Positions 24,801 through 32,682 of a DNA stretch of 64,000 nucleotides are shown here, piece after piece (position 1 is the stretch's first letter; each line of letters begins with the position of its first letter). Source of the DNA: Saccharofermentanales bacterium (GTDB lineage Bacteria > Bacillota > Clostridia > Saccharofermentanales > DTU023); contig JBMNJZ010000001.1 of NCBI GenBank assembly GCA_050951925.1, positions 464,284-528,283 on the forward strand, read 5' to 3'. Below the pieces are notes generated by a model. That model worked only from the letters and a program-made list of their open reading frames with translations. It made no database searches and had not been told where the DNA came from. The position numbers were made by a program, and so were the translations under genes.

Positions 24801-24997
24801 TCGGCCGGTAATTGGGGCATTAGTTAGCTGGGAGACTTCTAACACCATCGTATGTACACCTAATTTCATCGCTATATTCTTTAACTAATTGCGTTGCGAG
24901 ATATCCCACACCACCGTAAGTACACCTGTTCATTCCGAGCCGCTTCCGATCTTACATCTGAGGGGTACTTGTACCAGCGTCGGGCTAATCTAAGGCA

Positions 24998-25041
24998 GGC
25001 GGGGCGACCCGGGGGCGCCTTCGTATGAAAATCTGCGGCGG
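24998..25041 (+). repeat. 44-bp direct repeat, right copy
   Basis: ggcggggcgacccgggggcgccttcgtatgaaaatctgcggcgg; see 23317-23360. Confidence 0.85.
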
Positions 25042-25135
25042 TTAGTTCATTACCTTCAGCTAAAAATACAATTGTTTATAGGGTATAATCTTTATTCGGT
25101 AGTTAGATGTATTTTGAGCCGGAGGCAGGATTGAA

Positions 25136-26317
25136 ATGAAACCGGATTATGGCAAGATAGCTTTGGCGCGGCATGAGGAGTGGCGCGGCAAATTTGAGAT
25201 CAAGACGCGGGTGCCCGTGGCTAATGAAGAGGACTTGGCGATTGCCTATACGCCGGGCGTGGCGGCGCCTTGTCTGGAGATTCAGCGTGATGTCGACCGC
25301 AGCTATGATCTGACCAGACGCTGGAATTTGTGCCTGGTGGTGACGGACGGCAGCGCTGTGCTCGGCCTGGGCGATATCGGGCCGGAGGCGGGTATGCCGG
25401 TGATGGAGGGCAAATGCGCTCTGTTCAAGGCTTTTGGCGGTGTCGATGCCTTCCCGCTCTGTATCAAAACGCAGGATGTAGATCAGATTGTTGATACGAT
25501 CTACAATATTTCCGGCAGTTTCGGCGGGATCAATCTCGAGGATATTGCGGCGCCGCGCTGTTTTGAGATTGAGCGCCGGCTTAAGGAGCGCTGCGATATT
25601 CCGATTTTTCATGACGATCAGCACGGGACGGCGATCGTGACTTTTGCCGGCCTGATCAATGCTTTGCGGCTGGTGGACAAGAAGCTCTCCGAGGTGAGGA
25701 TTGTCTTCAACGGCGCCGGGGCTGCCGCTACGGCGGTGGCGCGGCTGTTGCTCTCGGCCGGCGCCGGTCATATCACGATCTGCGATCTTTACGGGTCCGT
25801 GTATCCGGGGCGCCGGGAGGATATGAATCCGGACAAAGAGGCGATCGCCGCGGTTACCAATCCGGAGCGGAGAGTGGGCTCATTAGCGGAAATACTGGTC
25901 GGCGCCGATGTCTTTATCGGACTGTCCGGGCCGGACGCTGTCAGCCGCGGGATGGTTGCCTCAATGGCGGAGCGGGCCATTGTCTTTGCCTGCGCCAATC
26001 CGGTGCCGGAAATCTATCCGGAAGAGGCTTTGGCCGGCGGCGCGGAAGTAGTGGCTACGGGACGTTCTGATTATCCCAATCAGATTAACAATGTGCTGGC
26101 TTTCCCTGGCGTATTCCGCGGCGCCTTTGACGTGCGCGCCGGCGATATCAATGAGGCGATGAATATTGCGGCGGCTCATGCTCTGGCTGATCTGGTGCCG
26201 GAGGATGAGCTGACTGCGGAGAATATCCTGCCCCAGGCTTTCGATCCGCGTGTGCGTGACGCCGTGGGCAGCGCGGTGGCCGAGGCGGCCAGAGCATCAG
26301 GGGTGGCCAGAATCTAG
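25136..26317 (+). CDS. NAD(P)-dependent malic enzyme (short form)
   Basis: ALARHEEWRGKFEIKTRVPVANEEDLAIAYTPGVAAPCLEI.., FHDDQHGTAIV and NGAGAAA (Rossmann) are typical of ~390-aa bacterial malic enzymes. Confidence 0.85.
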   Translation: MKPDYGKIALARHEEWRGKFEIKTRVPVANEEDLAIAYTPGVAAPCLEIQRDVDRSYDLTRRWNLCLVVTDGSAVLGLGDIGPEAGMPVMEGKCALFKAFGGVDAFPLCIKTQDVDQIVDTIYNISGSFGGINLEDIAAPRCFEIERRLKERCDIPIFHDDQHGTAIVTFAGLINALRLVDKKLSEVRIVFNGAGAAATAVARLLLSAGAGHITICDLYGSVYPGRREDMNPDKEAIAAVTNPERRVGSLAEILVGADVFIGLSGPDAVSRGMVASMAERAIVFACANPVPEIYPEEALAGGAEVVATGRSDYPNQINNVLAFPGVFRGAFDVRAGDINEAMNIAAAHALADLVPEDELTAENILPQAFDPRVRDAVGSAVAEAARASGVARI

Positions 26318-26501
26318 TTGAATATCAGTCAGGGATTGTTGTGAGTGTGGACCGTAGGCGGGTTACGGGCAGAAGCTGCGCAAGGGTCAGAACTAACCGG
26401 AAGCAGGTATAGTGTTGATAATCTGAACGCAGCCCGCGATGTCCCGACATTAGCCGACGACGATGCCCTGTATTGGAGCGAAGAGGAGTTATTATCAGTC
26501 A

Positions 26502-28256
26502 ATGAGGAAGAGTACTGTAGGCCGCTTTATTTCTTATTACCGGCCATATAAATTTACACTGTTTCTGGACCTGCTCAGCGCAGCTGTTATCGGTCTGGCC
26601 GGGGTTATTTTCCCTTTTATCCTGCGCCACCTGACCGGCCATGTTTTTCTCTTGCCTGATAGCGCGGAAATGATGCGCCAGCTCTGGTATTACTGCGGCG
26701 CGCTTCTGATTCTCTATATTGTCCAGTCTAGCGCCCAGTATTATATGGCGACTTACGGCCATATTATGGGAGCGAGGATGGAGACGGATATGCGCGATGA
26801 CCTGTTTACACATCTGGAGAAACTCTCTTTCTCCTTCTTCGACCGCACGAACACCGGTCAGATGATGTCGCGCATTATCTCAGATCTGGCTGATGTGACC
26901 GAGCTGGCCCATCACGGTCCGGAGAATCTCTTCATTGCCACGGTCAAAATTGTCGGCGCTTTCCTGGTTCTGTTTTTTATCCATATCCCGACCACTCTGG
27001 TCTTACTGGCGGCGACGATCGCCATGTTTGTTTTCACTATGATCCAAAGGCGGCGGATGCAACGCACTTTCATGGAGAATCGGCGCCGGATCGCCGATGT
27101 CAATGCCATAGTTCAGGACAGTCTGGCCGGTATCAGGACAGTCCAATCTTTCTCCAATGAAGATATAGAGGCGGAAAAATTCGGCGAAGGCAATCAGCGT
27201 TTTCTTGACTCCAAGATCGATAATTATCTGGTTATGGGGCAGTTTGTGTCTGTCAATGGCTTCATGCAGGGAATGATGTATCTGTCCGTGATCCTGACCG
27301 GCGGCTACTTCGTCACTACAGGCGATATCCTGGCAGTTGATGTCATTCTCTATGTCCTGTATATCAGTATGTTCCTGGATCCGATCAAGATGCTGATCAG
27401 CTTCACCGAACAATTTCAGAAAGGCATGACCGGTTTTACCAGGATGCTGGAAATCCTCGATACCGAGCCGGAAGTCAAAGACCGCCCCGGCGCGATCGAA
27501 GTGGGCGCATTGTCCGGGCGGATTGACTTCGAAGATGTGTCCTTTCATTACGAAGAGAATGAGCCTGTGCTTAAAAATATCAATGCCTCAATCTACAGCG
27601 GCTCTACAGTAGCCTTGGTCGGCCCGTCCGGTGCCGGTAAATCGACATTTGTTTCCATGATTCCCCGTTTCTATGATGTGGTCTCCGGCTCGGTGAAGAT
27701 CGATGGTATTGATGTGCGCGACCTGACCCTGAAATCCCTGCGCGCCAATATTGGCGTAGTCCAGCAGGATGTCTATATCTTCAATTGCAGTGTGCGCGAC
27801 AATATCGCCTACGGTCTCCCCGGCGCCGGCGACGAAGAAATCATCGCCGCCGCCAGGCAAGCCAATATTCATGACTTTATCATGACCTTGCCCCAGGGTT
27901 ACGATACCATGCTGGGCGAGCGCGGCATCAGATTCTCCGGCGGCCAGAAACAGAGGATCTCAATTGCCCGCGTCTTCCTTAAGAATCCATCCATCCTGAT
28001 TCTGGACGAAGCTACCTCTTCACTCGACAACGAGAGCGAGCTCTTCATCCAGTCTGCGCTGGACGAGCTGTCCCGCAACCGCACTACCCTGGTCATAGCT
28101 CACCGCCTCTCCACGATTAAGAACGCCGATCATATTCTGGTTCTGACCGAGGACGGAATCGCCGAACAGGGCAATCACGAAGATCTGCTGGCCAGGGGCG
28201 GTCTCTACTCTTATCTGTACAATCTCCAATTCCAGGACAAAGCCGGGGATAGTTAA
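26502..28256 (+). CDS. ABC exporter, fused permease/ATPase (MsbA/type IV exporter fold)
   Basis: There is a six-TM N-terminal half. The NBD has GPSGAGKST, FSGGQKQRISIARV and ILILDEATSSLD. The likely ATG is at 26502 (MRKSTVGRFISYYRPYK). Confidence 0.8.
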   Translation: MRKSTVGRFISYYRPYKFTLFLDLLSAAVIGLAGVIFPFILRHLTGHVFLLPDSAEMMRQLWYYCGALLILYIVQSSAQYYMATYGHIMGARMETDMRDDLFTHLEKLSFSFFDRTNTGQMMSRIISDLADVTELAHHGPENLFIATVKIVGAFLVLFFIHIPTTLVLLAATIAMFVFTMIQRRRMQRTFMENRRRIADVNAIVQDSLAGIRTVQSFSNEDIEAEKFGEGNQRFLDSKIDNYLVMGQFVSVNGFMQGMMYLSVILTGGYFVTTGDILAVDVILYVLYISMFLDPIKMLISFTEQFQKGMTGFTRMLEILDTEPEVKDRPGAIEVGALSGRIDFEDVSFHYEENEPVLKNINASIYSGSTVALVGPSGAGKSTFVSMIPRFYDVVSGSVKIDGIDVRDLTLKSLRANIGVVQQDVYIFNCSVRDNIAYGLPGAGDEEIIAAARQANIHDFIMTLPQGYDTMLGERGIRFSGGQKQRISIARVFLKNPSILILDEATSSLDNESELFIQSALDELSRNRTTLVIAHRLSTIKNADHILVLTEDGIAEQGNHEDLLARGGLYSYLYNLQFQDKAGDS

Positions 28257-28475
28257 CTGCCGGACTGACTTAGCCCTAATCTACCCGGTCTGCGATAACT
28301 GAACCAATTACCGATCCAATTTATATCAATTTTATATAAATTTCAGCCTGTCATGCTTTTCTGACGAAGGCGCCACAGGGTCATCCGCAACAATGAGTAT
28401 AGTCGTTACTTGAACCAAAAGTCGCCTGGTCTGGGGTCGGCTCTGTGTGCCGGTTTACTCCGAGAATTTCGGTTT

Positions 28476-28967
28476 TCAAAAGAGCCGGGAAGCTGCGAAT
28501 ATGGCTATTCCCGCCAGGACACAAGGAGCGAAAGCGATACTATCTTGACGGCTTTTCTTACCACTTATCAGCAATATCAGCGCCAGGACAAAGGAAACCG
28601 CAAAAGAATACAGCAGAGCTGTACCGGCTTCCTGCCAGCCCAGGAAGAAGCCGAGCAAAGCAAAGAGCTTGACATCACCCAGGCCCAGTCGATAACGGCT
28701 GATTACCGCCAGCAGCAAAAACAGACCACCCAGACCTAATCCCGCCAGCAGATCCGAACCCAGACATGCCAGCCCCGCTCTCGCGTACTCCGCCGCGGTG
28801 CCTTTGCCGTCTGAGCAGACTCCGGAACCAAGTATCTCCGGCACATAGCAAAGGAGTCTGACCCCGGCGGCTATTAGCAACAAGTGATTCGGAATAATTC
28901 TCTGTTGCCAATCCACCACGGCAATGGGGATTAGCATAATTAACAACAACAGCAGCTTGAGCTCCAT
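28476..28967 (-). CDS. A24-family prepilin peptidase-like membrane protein
   Basis: MELKLLLLLIMLIPIAVVDWQQRIIPN.. carries the first Asp, and ..GLGDVKLFALLGFFLGW.. carries the second Asp motif (GxGDxKL). Confidence 0.7.
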   Translation of the reverse strand: MELKLLLLLIMLIPIAVVDWQQRIIPNHLLLIAAGVRLLCYVPEILGSGVCSDGKGTAAEYARAGLACLGSDLLAGLGLGGLFLLLAVISRYRLGLGDVKLFALLGFFLGWQEAGTALLYSFAVSFVLALILLISGKKSRQDSIAFAPCVLAGIAIFAASRLF

Positions 28968-29203
28968 ATCACCACCGGTTTTCCATCCTCAGCGCCGTAA
29001 TAGTACTAACATACGCTGCAGTCACGAGCCCAGCTTAAATGTCGCGCGCAATAAATTTTCAACTGCCATCTGTCAATTATCTTGACTGCTATCTCTTACC
29101 CGACAAAACCCAAGAAATATGTCATTTTAAATAATATCGTTGTGATATAATCGGGCTGCAGCTTAGTAATGAAATTACACTGCAAAATGAGAGAATTGGC
29201 TAT

Positions 29204-29341
29204 ATGCCACGAGGGCAAACTGCTCGACGGCGTAATCACTTTGAATATGCCGATGACGGTCTACACTTTAGAAAAGAATTAATTTCTCGGCGTAATGATT
29301 TCCTGGATTATGTAGATCCTCCGGCAGCTATCGAGATATAG
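29204..29341 (+). CDS. hypothetical 45-codon upstream ORF in the glycyl-radical-enzyme leader (may instead be RNA structure)
   Basis: Own translation gives MPRGQTARRRNHFEYADDGLHFRKELISRRNDFLDYVDPPAAIEI*. It has a weak Shine-Dalgarno, and the stop TAG overlaps the GRE ribosome-binding site (TAGGAGGAAAGACCATG). An internal repeat RRNxFxxY.D mirrors a nucleotide repeat. Confidence 0.2.
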   Translation: MPRGQTARRRNHFEYADDGLHFRKELISRRNDFLDYVDPPAAIEI

Positions 29342-29352
29342 GAGGAAAGACC

Positions 29353-31725
29353 ATGGCTGATTATCTGAAGCGTATCGCCAGACTGAAAGAACGTCTGTTA
29401 ACAATAAAACCGGAGATGGATCTGGAAAATGCCAGGATCCTGACCGAGGGTTTTATCGAGTACGCCAATATGCCGCTGATTCTGAAGAAAGCTTATGCTT
29501 TCCGCAAACAATGTCAGGAAAAGACCATCTTTATCGCGGAGGACGAGCTTATCGTCGGCAATTCCGGATCTAAAGTGCGTGGCGGCATTCTCTGTGCCGA
29601 CTGCTGCTGGTCGGTTCTTGATGACGAGCTGGAAACGATCAGCGACCGTCGCTATGACCCTTTCCATCTTCGCGCCGAAGACAAAGAATTATTCCTTGAT
29701 GTAGTCAAACCTTACTGGCGCGGCAAATCTAATTTTGAGCAATGGCGCCGTCAGATCCCGGAGGATCTGCGCCTGCTTCGCGATAATGGCGTCGTATTCA
29801 TTGACCGTAAGGGTGTCCGCGGTTTCGGCGAAACGACCGCCGGCTATGAATGGTTGCTGAATGCCGGTCTTAAAGGCATTAGAACGACGATCACGGAACG
29901 CAAATCCAGACTGAATCTGGCCAGACCGGGCGATTTGGAAAAAGATAATTTCCTGGAAGCATTGCTGCTGGTCTGCGAGGGTATTGCCGCTATGGCTCAG
30001 CGCTACTCTGCGCTGGCAGCTGATATGGCTTCCCGGGAGAAAGATATCGTGCGCAAAGCAGAGCTGCTCATGATCGCGGATATCTGCAGCCGAGTGCCGG
30101 AGAACCCGGCGACAACTTTCCACGAAGCGCTGCAGTCTTTCTATTTTTATCATACCTCGATCTTTATGGAGCAAAATGCCGCTTCCTACAACCCCGGCCG
30201 CATGGACCAGTACCTCCTGCCTTTCTACCGCGCGGATCGCGAAGCGGGCAGGATTGATCAGGATCAGGCTCAGGAGTTGCTGGACTGCCTCTGGATTAAA
30301 TTCAGCGAACCTTGTCTGTTCCAGGATGCGGTAACCGCCGAATTCGCCGCCGGCTACCCCATGTTCCAGAATGTCTGCGTCGGCGGCGTGGATGAAACCG
30401 GCCGCGATGCCGTCAATGAGCTGTCATATATGATCTTGCAGGCCTCGATGGATGTCCGGCTCTATCAGCCCTCACTCTCTGTCCGCTACAATATGGCGAA
30501 AAATCCCAACCAATTCCTGCGCAAAGTAGTGGAGCTGATCCGGCTCGGCACCGGTTTTCCCGCCTTCCACAATGATGAAGTCGGCATCCGTATGCTGCTG
30601 AACAAAGGCGTTCCCCTGCGCGAAGCCTGGGACTGGAATCCCTGCGGCTGTGTCGAGACCAATCTGGAGGGCAGGATGCGCCAGTATACCGCCCTGGCCG
30701 ATATAAATCTCGGCAGTCTTGTCGAATTGGCGTTAAATGACGGAGTCAACCGCAAGAGCGGCGAGCGGATCTCTGTCAGTACAGGCGATCCCGCCGCTTT
30801 CGAGTCCTTTGAGGATTTTACGAAGGCGCTGAAAGATCATATTGATCATACGATCCATGCCACGGTAGTCGGCAGCCACCTCCTGGACGAGATCTGCCTG
30901 GAGCGGCCGGTGCCCGCACTGTCGCTGACTTTTAAAGAATGCATCGAAAATGGCACCGACTATTCGGCCGGCGGCGCCAAGTACAATGTCGGCAACGGCA
31001 TTATTCTGATTGGCGTTGCTGATCTGGTCAACAGCCTGGCGGCTGTACGCCAGCTGGTCTATGAAGATCGCAGCGTCACGATGGAAGAACTTCTGGCAGC
31101 TCTGGCCGCAAACTTTGAGGGTTATGAGCATGTACGGGAGCTATGCCTGGCGGCGCCGAAATACGGCAATGACGATAAACGGGTTGACAACCTTGCCGCT
31201 GAAATCTTCACTTATATCGCCGATGAAATCGAACAGTACGAGAGCAAATTCGGCCGCATGACCCCGGGTATTCTGCCGGTCTCGGGCAATACTCCGTTCG
31301 GGCTTGAAGTCGGTGCCCTGCCCTCAGGCAGAAAAGCCTGGAAGCCACTGGCCGACGGTGTCAGCCCCAGCGGCGGTACTGATCTGGGCGGACCGACCGC
31401 AGTCCTGAAGTCTGTTTCCCATCTGCCGCACGACAGATTTACCCAGGGCACTCTGCTCAATATGAAAGTCGAAGATGATCTCTTGAATTCAGAAAACGGC
31501 ATTCGCCAGATGATGGCCTTGCTCAAGAGCATGTGCAGTCTGGGTATTTTTCATGTCCAGTTCAATGTTATCGATCAGGCGAAATTGCTGGCTGCCCAGA
31601 AGAACCCGGAACAGTACAAAGGTCTGCTGATCCGGGTAGCAGGCTATACGGCATATTTCGTCGAATTGGGCAAAGATGTGCAAGATGAAATAATAGCCCG
31701 CACCGTTCAAACTCGAATTCAATAA
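29353..31725 (+). CDS. glycyl radical enzyme, PFL-fold, Cys-x-Glu (eliminase/dehydratase-type) active-site loop; substrate unknown
   Basis: The C-terminal glycyl radical motif is LIRVAGYTAYFVEL. The thiyl loop is WNPCGCVETN: a single Cys followed by Glu, not the Cys-Cys of pyruvate formate-lyase. The protein is 790 aa. Confidence 0.85.
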   Translation: MADYLKRIARLKERLLTIKPEMDLENARILTEGFIEYANMPLILKKAYAFRKQCQEKTIFIAEDELIVGNSGSKVRGGILCADCCWSVLDDELETISDRRYDPFHLRAEDKELFLDVVKPYWRGKSNFEQWRRQIPEDLRLLRDNGVVFIDRKGVRGFGETTAGYEWLLNAGLKGIRTTITERKSRLNLARPGDLEKDNFLEALLLVCEGIAAMAQRYSALAADMASREKDIVRKAELLMIADICSRVPENPATTFHEALQSFYFYHTSIFMEQNAASYNPGRMDQYLLPFYRADREAGRIDQDQAQELLDCLWIKFSEPCLFQDAVTAEFAAGYPMFQNVCVGGVDETGRDAVNELSYMILQASMDVRLYQPSLSVRYNMAKNPNQFLRKVVELIRLGTGFPAFHNDEVGIRMLLNKGVPLREAWDWNPCGCVETNLEGRMRQYTALADINLGSLVELALNDGVNRKSGERISVSTGDPAAFESFEDFTKALKDHIDHTIHATVVGSHLLDEICLERPVPALSLTFKECIENGTDYSAGGAKYNVGNGIILIGVADLVNSLAAVRQLVYEDRSVTMEELLAALAANFEGYEHVRELCLAAPKYGNDDKRVDNLAAEIFTYIADEIEQYESKFGRMTPGILPVSGNTPFGLEVGALPSGRKAWKPLADGVSPSGGTDLGGPTAVLKSVSHLPHDRFTQGTLLNMKVEDDLLNSENGIRQMMALLKSMCSLGIFHVQFNVIDQAKLLAAQKNPEQYKGLLIRVAGYTAYFVELGKDVQDEIIARTVQTRIQ

Positions 31726-31786
31726 AGCATGAAAAGAGCGGGCCGGGTTTGAAGCAGATAATAGCGCAGCAAAGGACAATCAGCGG

Positions 31787-32554
31787 GTGAGACAGACGAG
31801 CAGCGGAACAATTCTGCGTCTTGAGCGCTCTTCGATTCATGACGGAGAGGGGCTGCGCACTGTGATTTTTCTCAAAGGATGTCCTCTGCGCTGTGCCTGG
31901 TGCTCTACTCCCGAGGGCTGGCTGCCCGGCATTACGGAAACGGAGACTGCCAGCTATGGCTATATCATGACCGCCGACGAATTGCTGGCCGAGATAGTAA
32001 AGGACGAGATTTTTTTCTTTCATTCCGATGGCGGCATTACTTTTTCCGGCGGTGAACCGCTATGCCAGGCTGAATTTGTAACGGATGTCGCAGCCGGAGC
32101 GCGCAAATTGGGCATATCTACAGCTATGGAATCCAGTCTATGCTATCCCTGGCAGGCGGTAGAAAAAGTTCTGCCGCATCTGGATGCCCTCTATGCCGAT
32201 CTCAAACATATCGACCCGGAGCAGCATAAGTTCTATACCGGACAGGATAATCGGCGAATCCTGGAGAATATCCGCAGGGTTTCGGACAGCGATCTGCCAC
32301 TGCAACTGATCATCCGCATGGTCTTGGTTCCGGGAATCAATGATGACGAAGCCACTCTGCGCCAAACGGGGGAATTCCTGCAATCACTGCATAATCTGAC
32401 CAGGGTAGAGCTACTGCCTTATCACAGACTGGGGGTAGGCACTTATGCCAAATTAGGTTTGCGGTATCGTCTGCCGGAGACCAAAGCGCCGTCACAGCCG
32501 GAACTGCAAAGAGGCAAAGCTATATTGAGCCAATACATAAACAACATCAAATAA
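31787..32554 (+). CDS. glycyl-radical enzyme activating enzyme (radical SAM), short PflA-like form
   Basis: The N-terminus has SSIHDGEGLRTVIFLKGCPLRCAWCSTPE (CX3CX2C). No Cys-rich ferredoxin-like insert follows. The protein is 255 aa and starts with GTG. Confidence 0.8.
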   Translation: MRQTSSGTILRLERSSIHDGEGLRTVIFLKGCPLRCAWCSTPEGWLPGITETETASYGYIMTADELLAEIVKDEIFFFHSDGGITFSGGEPLCQAEFVTDVAAGARKLGISTAMESSLCYPWQAVEKVLPHLDALYADLKHIDPEQHKFYTGQDNRRILENIRRVSDSDLPLQLIIRMVLVPGINDDEATLRQTGEFLQSLHNLTRVELLPYHRLGVGTYAKLGLRYRLPETKAPSQPELQRGKAILSQYINNIK

Positions 32555-32613
32555 AACAGCAGATTATAAGAGTCCATGACCGCTGCGAATTTGTTTTTGC
32601 TAACCGATATTAT

Positions 32614-32656
32614 AAAAGCCGGCCCGTTCTTCTAATAACAGGCCGGCTTGTTTTTA
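32614..32656. terminator. bidirectional intrinsic terminator between the activase and aminotransferase genes
   Basis: AAGCCGGCC (32616-32624) pairs with GGCCGGCTT (32641-32649) and is followed by GTTTTT. A-rich sequence flanks the left side. Confidence 0.7.
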
Positions 32657-32682
32657 GATATAAGATCTGGCTGAATTAAATA

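Noticed and set aside
24168-24869. Long antisense ORFs mirroring real genes. Examples: 24168-24869, 25103-25771, 41078-41782, 54667-55353, 55580-56212, 56340-57044, 60425-61111, 44669-45181.
   Set aside because: Each lies fully inside and opposite to a gene with strong family motifs. Their translations are low-complexity and Arg/His/Gln-rich with no recognisable motifs. Their abundance fits codon-bias-driven stop depletion on the antisense strand.
24842-24927. Two 20-nt imperfect direct repeats 66 nt apart; considered a mini CRISPR array.
   Set aside because: There are only two diverged copies, no further repeat-spacer periodicity, and no cas genes in the window.
16600-25045. Classical mobile genetic element (prophage, ICE or transposon) explaining the accessory patch.
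   Set aside because: I could find no integrase, recombinase, transposase, phage structural genes, tRNA attachment site or terminal inverted repeats. Only short direct repeats are present.
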